From NCBI GenBank assembly GCA_046290465.1, contig JBKAGP010000001.1, forward strand, positions 1,856,001 to 1,920,000: a stretch of 64,000 bases of DNA. The letters run 5' to 3'. The notes under the pieces were generated by a model. It saw only the letters and a program-made list of their open reading frames with translations. It had not been told where the DNA came from and did not search any database. Position 1 is the first letter of the stretch. Each line of letters begins with the position of its first letter. The translations under genes and the position numbers were made by a program. This document shows positions 22,223 to 30,390 of the stretch, one piece after another. This stretch comes from Planctomycetota bacterium. GTDB taxonomy: Bacteria; Planctomycetota; UBA1135; UBA2386.

Positions 22223-22883
22223 CCTGCAGCACCACCTCGGGCAAACCGCAGAGGTCCGGCATCAGGTGCGTGTGCGGATGCGGCCGCAGTTCGTCGAGCG
22301 TGTGCGTGCCGCAGCCGAGGCCGACGATCAGCGCCAGCCCGGCGGCCTTGCCGGCCAGCAGGTCGGCCGGCGTGTCGCCGGCACAGCCGACGCGCAGCGG
22401 GTCCGTGACCCCGCTCTTCGCCATCGCCGCCCGCAGCAGGTCGGGAGCCGGGCGGCCCGCGTCGACCTCGTCGGACGCGACGCTCGGCCAGCGCCCGAAC
22501 GACATCGACGCGAGCACGATGTCCATCGTCTTGCGCGAGAAGCCGGTGTTGAACGCGATCTGCACGCCGGCCTCGTCGAGCGTGGCCAGCGTCGCCAGCG
22601 CGCCCGCCGTCGGCCGCAGCGGTTCACGCTCGACCAGCGCAGCGAACTCGATCTCGAAGCGCTGCGCCATCGCCGGCGCCGGCGACGGATCGCGGCCGTC
22701 CTCCTCCAGCAGCGTCGCGAACACCCGCTCTTTGTGCCAGCCCATGCGCGGCTGCAGCGCCGCCGGCTCGACCTCGAGGTCGAACGCAGCGGCGGCGCGG
22801 AGGAACGAGCGCAGGACGTGGTCGTCGTCGACGACGACGGTACCCGCGAGATCGAACACGAACAGATCGACGCGACGTGCCAT
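22215..22883 (-). CDS. Phosphonatase-like HAD hydrolase (PhnX/TIGR03351-like)
   Basis: FDLAGT, MGWHK, NTG, GRPAPD, GDTPAD. Confidence 0.85.
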   Translation of the reverse strand: MARRVDLFVFDLAGTVVVDDDHVLRSFLRAAAAFDLEVEPAALQPRMGWHKERVFATLLEEDGRDPSPAPAMAQRFEIEFAALVEREPLRPTAGALATLATLDEAGVQIAFNTGFSRKTMDIVLASMSFGRWPSVASDEVDAGRPAPDLLRAAMAKSGVTDPLRVGCAGDTPADLLAGKAAGLALIVGLGCGTHTLDELRPHPHTHLMPDLCGLPEVVLQDG

Positions 22884-22980
22884 GGAACACAGCGTGTATA
22901 GCACGACGATTGTTTGGGTTGCGTGAACGGACCGCGAAGTCCGCCGCATCCCGTCGACGACGCGCGGCGAAGCCTCGCGC

Positions 22981-23724
22981 ATGAGCGACCTCGCCGATCA
23001 GGGAGTCTTCGTCGTGCTCGGCGCCACCGGCGCCGTCGGCCAGCAGGTCGCGCGCCTGCTGCGCGGACGCGGCGCCGACGTCGCGCTGCTGGCGCGCGAC
23101 GAGACCCGCCTGGCCGAGCTGGGCGCCGAGCTGGAGGCGACCACCGTGCCGCTGCCCGGCGCCGCCGCGGCCGCAGTGCGCGACGCCCTGCTGGGTGCCT
23201 GCGAGGATCGCGAGATCGCCGGCGTGGCGCACTGCATCGGTTCGCTGCTGCTGAAGCCGGCCCGCCGCACCACCGTCGACGAGTGGCACGAGGTCCTCGA
23301 GACCAACCTGTCGTCGGCGTTCGGCGTCACCATGGCGGCGCCCGAACGCATGAAGGGCGGTGGCAGCGTGGTGTTCTGCAGTTCGGTGGCGGCGTCGCTC
23401 GGCCTCGCCAACCACGAGGCAATCGCGGCCGCGAAGGCCGGCCTGGTCGGCCTCGCGCGCGCCGCTGCAGCGTCGAACGCCCGGCGCGGGATCCGCTTCC
23501 ACTGCGTCGCGCCGGCGCTGGTCGAGAGCCAGATGACCGAGGCGATGCTCGCGCGCGAAGGCATGAAGGAGGCGGCGGCGAAGCAGAACCCCCTCGGCCG
23601 CATCGGCACGCCCGCCGACGTCGCGCGCGCGATCGTGTTCCTGCTCGACCCGGCCAACGACTGGATCGACGGCCAGGTGCTCGGCGTCGACGGCGGCTTC
23701 GGGGTGCTGCGCGGCATGGCCTGA
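22981..23724 (+). CDS. SDR family oxidoreductase (atypical active site)
   Basis: GATGAVG, SS, IAAAK in place of YxxxK, NPLGRIG, VDGG. Confidence 0.88.
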   Translation: MSDLADQGVFVVLGATGAVGQQVARLLRGRGADVALLARDETRLAELGAELEATTVPLPGAAAAAVRDALLGACEDREIAGVAHCIGSLLLKPARRTTVDEWHEVLETNLSSAFGVTMAAPERMKGGGSVVFCSSVAASLGLANHEAIAAAKAGLVGLARAAAASNARRGIRFHCVAPALVESQMTEAMLAREGMKEAAAKQNPLGRIGTPADVARAIVFLLDPANDWIDGQVLGVDGGFGVLRGMA

Positions 23725-23777
23725 GCGAATGCGGCGCCGCCGTTGCCGCGGCGCGCACGAGCGCGTTCACTCTGCGC

Positions 23778-24497
23778 ATGCCGACCGACGACCGCCCCAC
23801 CATCGTGCTGTTGCCGGGCATGGACGGCACCCGTGTGCTCTACGGCCCGCTGGTGCGCGCGCTCGAGGCCGTCGCCGACGTGCACGTCGTCGAGTATCCG
23901 ACCGACGGTCCGTGCGACTACGACGCGGCGCTGCGGTGCGCGAACGACGCCGTCGCCCGACTCGACGACTGCCACGTCGTCGGCTGGTCGTTCTCGGGCC
24001 CGGTCGCGCTGCGCGTCGCCAGGGCGCAGCCCGACCGGGTGCGCTCGGTGACGCTGGTGGCGACGTTCGTGCAGGCGCCGATGCCGTGGCTGCGCTACGT
24101 CGGGCCGCTGCTGGTGACGCCGCTGGTCGGGGTCGCGCGCACGATCCGGAGGCTGCCGATCTGGCTTTGTCGGTCCCCCGACGACCCGCTGCGGCGCGAC
24201 AAGGCGGAGATCTGGCAGCGCGTCCGCGCGCGCACGCTGGCGGCCCGTTCGCGCGCGATCCGGCTGGTCGACGCGCGCCCCGACCTCGAGGCGGTGACCC
24301 AGCCGATCCAGTACCTGGTGTCGAGCCACGACCGGGTGGTGCCACCGCACAACCTGGCGCAGATCCGTTCGCTCCGCGCCGACGTCGAGGTGCTCTCCAT
24401 CGAAGGCAACCACTTCGCGCTCTACGCCAACGCGCAGGCCGGGGCCGCCGCGATCCTGGCGTTCGCACGGCGGCACCCCGCGGCCGGACCTTGCTGA
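23778..24497 (+). CDS. Alpha/beta hydrolase
   Basis: LLPGMDGT, GWSFSG, HDRVV, GNHF. Confidence 0.82.
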   Translation: MPTDDRPTIVLLPGMDGTRVLYGPLVRALEAVADVHVVEYPTDGPCDYDAALRCANDAVARLDDCHVVGWSFSGPVALRVARAQPDRVRSVTLVATFVQAPMPWLRYVGPLLVTPLVGVARTIRRLPIWLCRSPDDPLRRDKAEIWQRVRARTLAARSRAIRLVDARPDLEAVTQPIQYLVSSHDRVVPPHNLAQIRSLRADVEVLSIEGNHFALYANAQAGAAAILAFARRHPAAGPC

Positions 24498-24504
24498 CCG
24501 CCGC

Positions 24505-24906
24505 TCAGCCGGCCTTCAGCTCCCCGAGGCCGAACATCCACAGCCCCGTGCCGGTCGCCGTCAGCACGCTGACCAGCCACAGGATCACGGCGACCCGGTG
24601 GTAGATGCGCGCCTTCTCGGAGCGCCACAGCCAGACACCGGTGACGACCACGGGCAGCACCAGCAGGCCGCCGGCCTTGGCGAACACCAGGTGGATGGCC
24701 AGTTCGTCGGGCGGGAACGTGTAGCTGCGCATCAGCCGTTCGGTCAGCACGATCGTGACGGCCAGCGACACGACGGTCGCCGGGCCGAGGAACAGGTGCG
24801 CCTTGCGCCTGCGCAGGAACCCGGTGCACAGCGCCGCGACCAGCAGCAGCACGGTAGTCACGAACGCGATCCAGAACGGCAGGGTCGGTGGCATCTCGGG
24901 ATGCAT
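24505..24906 (-). CDS. Small 4-TM membrane protein (DUF420-like)
   Basis: Four hydrophobic helices with His at helix starts (AHL, IHL, YHR). Confidence 0.6.
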   Translation of the reverse strand: MHPEMPPTLPFWIAFVTTVLLLVAALCTGFLRRRKAHLFLGPATVVSLAVTIVLTERLMRSYTFPPDELAIHLVFAKAGGLLVLPVVVTGVWLWRSEKARIYHRVAVILWLVSVLTATGTGLWMFGLGELKAG

Positions 24907-25029
24907 GTTGCCGCCGCAGCGTCCGTGGTGGAAGCGCGCGACCCCGAAACCCCGGTGCCAGCGGCCGCTCCCGCTAAGCCCAGTTGCGTAGCAAGTTTGG
25001 GCAGCTCCGTCGCCGATCTGTCCGGTGGC

Positions 25030-25872
25030 ATGGAGCGCGACCTCACCGACAACGAGTTTCAGCGATACCACGATCTGATCTACAAGATCGCCGGCATCCA
25101 CTATCCAGCCGAGAAGCGGGAACTGCTGAGCAACCGCATCCGGAAGCGCATCCGCGCCATCAACGAGACCAGCTACGACGCGTACCTGATGCGCATCGGC
25201 CTCGCGACCGAGAAGCAGGAGCTGCAGGCGTTCCTCGACTCGATCACGACCAACGAGACCTACTTCTTCCGCTGCCAGCGCCACTGGGACTACTTCAAGT
25301 CGTGGCTCGAGGAGCGCAAGCAGGACCCGATGCTCAAGCGCCAGGGCCTGCGCATCTGGTCGGCCGCCGCGTCGAACGGCGCCGAGGCGTGCACGATGTT
25401 GATCGTGCTGCACCAGGTGTTCGGGGACGGCTTCGGCGGCATGCCGGTCGAGGTCTACGGTACCGACCTGTCGACGCAGATCCTCGACGAAGCGAAGAAG
25501 GCGACGTTCCGTCCCTACGCGCTGGCGCAGACGGCGCCCGACGTGGTCGCCAGGTACTTCACCAAGGACGACGGCAAGGACGAGTTCACGTTCGACCGTC
25601 GCCTGCTGCGCAACGTCCGGTTCGAGCAGCACAACCTGATGAACCGGCTGCCCCAGCCGGGTCTGTTCGACGCCGTGTTCGTCCGCAACGTGATGATCTA
25701 CTTCGACCAGCAGAGCCGCGAGAAGGTGCTCGACCACACCTTCCACGTGATGCGCCCCGGCGGCCTGCTGATCGTCGGCGAGTCCGAGAGCCTGCTCAGC
25801 GTGAAGCACGACTTCGACTACGTGAAGCCGTCGATCTTCACCAAGCCGAGCAAGGCCGCCGCCAACAGCTGA
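25030..25872 (+). CDS. cheR: CheR protein-glutamate methyltransferase
   Basis: ITTNETYFFR, IWSAAASNG, GTDLS, HNL, RNVMIYFD, GESE. Confidence 0.93.
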   Translation: MERDLTDNEFQRYHDLIYKIAGIHYPAEKRELLSNRIRKRIRAINETSYDAYLMRIGLATEKQELQAFLDSITTNETYFFRCQRHWDYFKSWLEERKQDPMLKRQGLRIWSAAASNGAEACTMLIVLHQVFGDGFGGMPVEVYGTDLSTQILDEAKKATFRPYALAQTAPDVVARYFTKDDGKDEFTFDRRLLRNVRFEQHNLMNRLPQPGLFDAVFVRNVMIYFDQQSREKVLDHTFHVMRPGGLLIVGESESLLSVKHDFDYVKPSIFTKPSKAAANS

Positions 25873-25954
25873 CCGCGGCCGCTCGAGGAGGCCCCGCTCG
25901 CCGCCGGCGGATCGCCGGTGCAACGGCCGCGACGTTCTCGTAGGCTGCCGGGGA

Positions 25955-26431
25955 ATGGCCAAGGTCCTGACCGAGAACACCTCGGGCGCCGGCCGACGCA
26001 TCGGCGTCGCGGTGGCCCGCTTCAACGAAGTCGTCACCGAGCGCATGCTCGAGGGCGCGCTCGCCACGCTCGCCGAGCAGGGGGTCGCCGCCGACGACGT
26101 CACCGTGACCTGGGTGCCCGGCGCATTCGAGCTGCCGAGCGCGTGCCGCTGGCTGGCACAGAACGGCTGCGACGCGGTGGTCATGCTCGGCGCGATCGTC
26201 AAGGGCGGCACCGACCACTACGACTACGTCTGCAGCGGCGTCACCGATGGCGCGATGCGCGTGCAGCTCGACCTCGACGTGCCGATCGGCTTCGGGGTGC
26301 TGACCTGCGCCGACATGGAACTGGCGCTGGCGCGGGCCGGAGGCGACCACGGCAACAAGGGCAGCGACGCAGCCATGGCCGCGCTGGCGATGTGCAACCT
26401 GCGCCGGCAGCTCGCCGACCGCGACGCCTAG
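25955..26431 (+). CDS. ribH: 6,7-dimethyl-8-ribityllumazine synthase
   Basis: VARFN, VPGAFELP, GGTDHYDYV, PIGFGVLT, GNKG. Confidence 0.96.
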   Translation: MAKVLTENTSGAGRRIGVAVARFNEVVTERMLEGALATLAEQGVAADDVTVTWVPGAFELPSACRWLAQNGCDAVVMLGAIVKGGTDHYDYVCSGVTDGAMRVQLDLDVPIGFGVLTCADMELALARAGGDHGNKGSDAAMAALAMCNLRRQLADRDA

Positions 26432-26591
26432 GAGCGCGTCCATGTAGTGGACGCGCTGCCAACCGGGATCGCGGAAGCGGCGTGTACGCCTCGGACGGGG
26501 CTTTGCCCGCTAGGAGCGCGTCCATGGAGTGGACGCGCTGCCAACCGGGATCGCGGAAGCGGCGTGTACGCCTCGGACGGGGCTTTGCCCG
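26428..26591. repeat. 82-bp direct tandem repeat (2 copies), each with a 10-bp hairpin
   Basis: 26428-26509 and 26510-26591 differ at one base (loop tgtag vs tggag); stem agcgcgtcca/tggacgcgct. Confidence 0.95.
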
Positions 26592-26679
26592 CCAGCCGAT
26601 CCGCGCGTGGACGAACCCGGATCCATGCGGTAGGCTGTTCGCCCCGACGCGGAGCCCCGACTCCGCCACGCTCCTTGTC

Positions 26680-27234
26680 ATGACCGCCCCCATCCGTCGC
26701 CGTACGCGCGCCCGCGAGATCGCCATGCAGGCGCTGTTCCAGTTCGACCTGCGCGGACGCGAATATGCGGCCGACGACTTCACGGCCACCCCGGGCGGCG
26801 TGCTGGATGCGATGTGCCGCGCCGAGCTGCGCAGCCGCCAGGTCGAGGGCGAGGAGCACGAGGTCGACCCGCTCGACGATCCGGACCGCAAGCTCAACGG
26901 CGCCGAGCGCGAGATCCTGCAGTTCGCGACGCGGCTGGTCGAAGGCACGCTGCAGCACCGCGACGAGATCGACCAGCGGCTGCAGGCGGTGACCCGCAAC
27001 TGGGACCTGCGTCGCATGGCGATCGTCGACCGCAACGTGCTGCGCATGGCGGTCTACGAGTTGATGTGGTGCGACGATGTGCCGCCGAAGGTCGCCATCA
27101 ACGAGGCGATCGAGATCGGCAAGAAGTTCTCGACGGCCAACTCCGGCGGCTTCGTCAACGGCATCCTCGACCGCATCCGCATCGACCACGAGCGCGGCGC
27201 GGCCGACGGCGCGGCCGACGCCAACAACGGCTGA
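26680..27234 (+). CDS. nusB: Transcription antitermination factor NusB
   Basis: RRRTRAREIAMQALFQ, NWDLRRMAIVDRNVLR, VAINEAIEIGKKF, FVNGILD; follows ribH. Confidence 0.95.
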   Translation: MTAPIRRRTRAREIAMQALFQFDLRGREYAADDFTATPGGVLDAMCRAELRSRQVEGEEHEVDPLDDPDRKLNGAEREILQFATRLVEGTLQHRDEIDQRLQAVTRNWDLRRMAIVDRNVLRMAVYELMWCDDVPPKVAINEAIEIGKKFSTANSGGFVNGILDRIRIDHERGAADGAADANNG

Positions 27235-27256
27235 GCTGTCGGGCCGGCGCGGGAGC

Positions 27257-27352
27257 GACGGCGCCCCGACGCCGCCGTTCGCCGGCTTCGCCGGCCTGCC
27301 GTGGGCGTTCGTGTTCACCAACGCCTTCAAGGGCACCGTCGGCTCGATCTGA
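27257..27352 (+). pseudogene. Orphan 3'-end fragment of a paralogue of the 27600-29405 gene
   Basis: 96 nt align without gaps to 29310-29405, with 10 differences and the same TGA. Confidence 0.85.
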
Positions 27353-27599
27353 TCCACCGACGCGCGGACGTCGCCGCACCGGCGGCGTCCGCGGCAACCA
27401 CGGCGCGGTGCACGCGCCGTTCCGGCGAGATCGCAGCGCGCCCGAACGGGCGCTGCCAACGAGGCTTGGCGGCCTCCGGGCGAGACTCCGGCAAACCACC
27501 GATCGACAGATCGTTGTGCGCGCCTAGGATGGCGTTCGGTCGAGCTGGTGCGCCCGCGCGCCGTTGCGACCGGCTCGCCACGTCCCTCGCCACATCGCC

Positions 27600-29405
27600 G
27601 TGTTCGTCTCCATCCTCCGCAGCCTCTGCTTCGGCCTGCTGCTGGTCTGCGCCGCCTCCGCCCAGCACCAGTTCGCACCGCTCGGCAGCCGCATCATGGA
27701 CGGCAGCCAGGACCTCGTGCCGGTGCAGCTCGGCTTTGCGTTCGCGATGCCCGGCGGCGCCGTGGTCACCTCGATCGACGTCGACGAGAACGGTCGGCTG
27801 GTCGAGAACGGCAGCGACCCGGCCGACCCGAGCGAGACGCTTGCCGAGCTGACCGCCAACCCGACCGGCTCGATCAACGTGCTGTGGGACGCGCAGCTCT
27901 ACCTCGCCAACGACGCCGGCGTCTACTTCTTCACCGACAACGTCGGCTTCGCCGCGATCACGTGGACGCGGGTGACGTTCTTCGGGCCGCCGTGCACCTA
28001 CCAGTGCCAGCTGTTCGGCAACGGCCGCATCGTGATGCTGTACGACAGCAACTGCCCGCCGGTCGACGGCATCGTCGGCGTCTGCCCCGGCAACGGCGCG
28101 ACGCTGCCGCCGCCGTCCAACCTCGACGCGGCCCGCACCGGCCCGCCGCTGCAGTCGACCGATCGGACCGTGTTCGAACGGTTCGGCACACAGCTCGGCG
28201 TCGACACGTTCGACCTGCCCAGCAGCGCGCTCGAGTTCGTGCCCAACGGCGTCGGCGGCGCCAACGGCTGGACCGTCACCGGTAGCGTCGGCGTGCCGGA
28301 TCCGACGCTGGCGTTCGCGCGCAACGAGGCGTTCGACGGCGGCGACTGCGTGACGGCGCGCTTCCATCCGGTGACGCTGTTGTGGACCCCGGACGGCAGC
28401 GGCGGCTACGACGTCAGCTCGGCGCCGATCGCCTACAACCCGGCGATCGGCCCCGACGCCGGCCTGGTCGGCGACGACGAGGCGCTCGGCGGCTTCGACC
28501 TCGGCTTCCCGTTCCTGTGGCCCGACGGCAGCACCAACCCGTTCGCCAAGGTCGACTCCAACGGCCGCATCGGGCCGGACGTGCCGGCGTTCGTCGCCGA
28601 CTTCTCGCCGAGCCTCGCCGACCTGCACGGCGACGGCCACGCGATCATCGCGCCGCTGTGGACCGACGTGAACATCGCGGCATTGGGCAGCGGCAGGATC
28701 CACTTCGCCAAGGTCCCGGGCGTGTCGGCGACGTTCACCTGGGACAACGTGCTGCAGTTCAACGCGACGCTGCCGATCACCTTCCAGGTGACGCTGTTCG
28801 CGAACGGCCTGATCCAGATCAACCTGCTCGACCTGGTGCACTACAACCGGACGACCAGTCCGGACGACACGATCATCGGCGCGTCGTCGGGCGTCGGCCC
28901 GGACCCGGGTGAGATCGACCTCTCCGCGCTCGGCACCGCCAACACCGGACGCACCGGCTACGAGTTCTGGGACTCGAGCAACGGCGCCGAGCCGTTCGAC
29001 CTGGTCCGCGACCTGACCGTCGACTACGGCCGCCTCGCCGCGCTGACGCTGCCGAAGATCGGCCAGAGCTGGGACCTCGAACTGCGGGACGCACCGGCGC
29101 AGGCGACGTTCGGCCTCTACGTGGTCGGCACCGCCACGCAGAACCTCGACCTGACGCCGCTCGGCAGCCCGTGCACGCTGGTGCCGACGCTCGACGCGCT
29201 GGTGACGGCGACGCCGACGGCCGCGCCGGGCGTGATGACGCCGATCCGCTTCGCGATCCCGCTGCAGGCCAACCTGATCGGCTTCGAGGTGTTCGTGCAG
29301 GCCGTGCACGACGGTGCGCCGATGCCGCCGTTCACCGGCTTCGCCGGCCTGCCGTGGGCGTTCGTGTTGACCAACACGATCAAGGGCACGGTCGGCTCGC
29401 TCTGA
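27600..29405 (+). CDS. Secreted protein with two NIDO-like repeats and shared C-terminal domain
   Basis: Signal peptide ASA|Q. Internal repeats: LGFAF..VDENGRL..LWD..ITW..YQCQLFGNGRI and LGFPF..VDSNGRI..PLWTD..FTW..FQVTLFANGLI. Confidence 0.75.
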   Translation: MFVSILRSLCFGLLLVCAASAQHQFAPLGSRIMDGSQDLVPVQLGFAFAMPGGAVVTSIDVDENGRLVENGSDPADPSETLAELTANPTGSINVLWDAQLYLANDAGVYFFTDNVGFAAITWTRVTFFGPPCTYQCQLFGNGRIVMLYDSNCPPVDGIVGVCPGNGATLPPPSNLDAARTGPPLQSTDRTVFERFGTQLGVDTFDLPSSALEFVPNGVGGANGWTVTGSVGVPDPTLAFARNEAFDGGDCVTARFHPVTLLWTPDGSGGYDVSSAPIAYNPAIGPDAGLVGDDEALGGFDLGFPFLWPDGSTNPFAKVDSNGRIGPDVPAFVADFSPSLADLHGDGHAIIAPLWTDVNIAALGSGRIHFAKVPGVSATFTWDNVLQFNATLPITFQVTLFANGLIQINLLDLVHYNRTTSPDDTIIGASSGVGPDPGEIDLSALGTANTGRTGYEFWDSSNGAEPFDLVRDLTVDYGRLAALTLPKIGQSWDLELRDAPAQATFGLYVVGTATQNLDLTPLGSPCTLVPTLDALVTATPTAAPGVMTPIRFAIPLQANLIGFEVFVQAVHDGAPMPPFTGFAGLPWAFVLTNTIKGTVGSL

Positions 29406-29466
29406 GCGCGGCCGCGCCGTCCTTTTTCGTTGTCGGCGGCCGCGGCGAGGCCGACACTCGCGGGCG

Positions 29467-30390
29467 ATGGTCTTCGGCAAACTCCTCAAAGCCCTCAAGA
29501 AAACCCGCGACGTCCTGACCACGGGCCTGTCCCGCCTGTTCTCGGGCAGGAAGCTCGACGAGGACTTCCTCGAGGAGCTCGAAGAGGTCCTCTACAACAG
29601 CGACCTCGGCCCGCTCGGCACGCGCATCGTCGACGAGCTCAAGGAGTCGTACAAGAAGCGGGAGGTCAAGACCGTCGAGGAAGTTCCGGAGTTCCTGCGC
29701 GTCAAACTGCACGAGATGATGCAGGGCTGCGAGGGCGAACTGACCAAGGCCGCGAGCGGTCCGACCGTGATCCTGGTGGTCGGCGTCAACGGCGCCGGCA
29801 AGACCACGTCGATCGCCAAGCTCGCCAACCACCTCAAGCAGCAGGGCCACTCGGTGCTGCTCGGCGCCGGCGACACGTTCCGCGCGGCGGCGGTCGAGCA
29901 GCTGACGCTGTGGTCCGAACGGCTCGGCATCGAGATCGTCAAGCAGGGCACCGGCGCCGACCCGGCCGCCGTCGCGTTCGACGCCACCGCCGCGGCCGTC
30001 GCGCGCCAGGTCGACTACCTGATCCTCGACACCGCCGGCCGCCTGCACACCCAGAAGAACCTGATGACCGAGCTCGAGAAGATCGTGCGGGTCGTCAAGA
30101 AGCAGCTGCCCGACGCGCCGCACGAGACGCTGCTGGTGCTCGACGGCACCACCGGCCAGAACGCGATCCGCCAGGCCAGCGAGTTCGCCAGGTCCGCGCC
30201 CGTCTCGGGCCTGATCCTCGCGAAGATGGACGGCACCGCCAAGGGCGGCGCCTTGTTCGGCATCCGCGACGTGCTGCCGGTGCCGGTGCAGTTCCTCGGC
30301 GTCGGCGAGGGCATCGACGACCTCGAGAAGTTCGTCGCCAAGGACTACGTCGACGCCATCCTCAAGTTCGACGAAGCAGCCAACGCATGA
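29467..30390 (+). CDS. ftsY: SRP receptor FtsY
   Basis: GVNGAGKTT, DTFRAAA, DTAGR, KMDGTAKGG, GVGE. Confidence 0.96.
   Translation: MVFGKLLKALKKTRDVLTTGLSRLFSGRKLDEDFLEELEEVLYNSDLGPLGTRIVDELKESYKKREVKTVEEVPEFLRVKLHEMMQGCEGELTKAASGPTVILVVGVNGAGKTTSIAKLANHLKQQGHSVLLGAGDTFRAAAVEQLTLWSERLGIEIVKQGTGADPAAVAFDATAAAVARQVDYLILDTAGRLHTQKNLMTELEKIVRVVKKQLPDAPHETLLVLDGTTGQNAIRQASEFARSAPVSGLILAKMDGTAKGGALFGIRDVLPVPVQFLGVGEGIDDLEKFVAKDYVDAILKFDEAANA

Noticed and set aside
22884..22980. Pho box upstream of the phosphonate operon
   Set aside because: The spacer is AT-richer, but I could not find a convincing 11-bp-period direct repeat.
26428..26591. CRISPR array
   Set aside because: Two contiguous 82-bp units with no unique spacers and no cas genes.
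27257..29405. DGR template/variable repeat pair
   Set aside because: Differences are not adenine-specific (mostly C/G and C/T) and there is no reverse transcriptase in the window.
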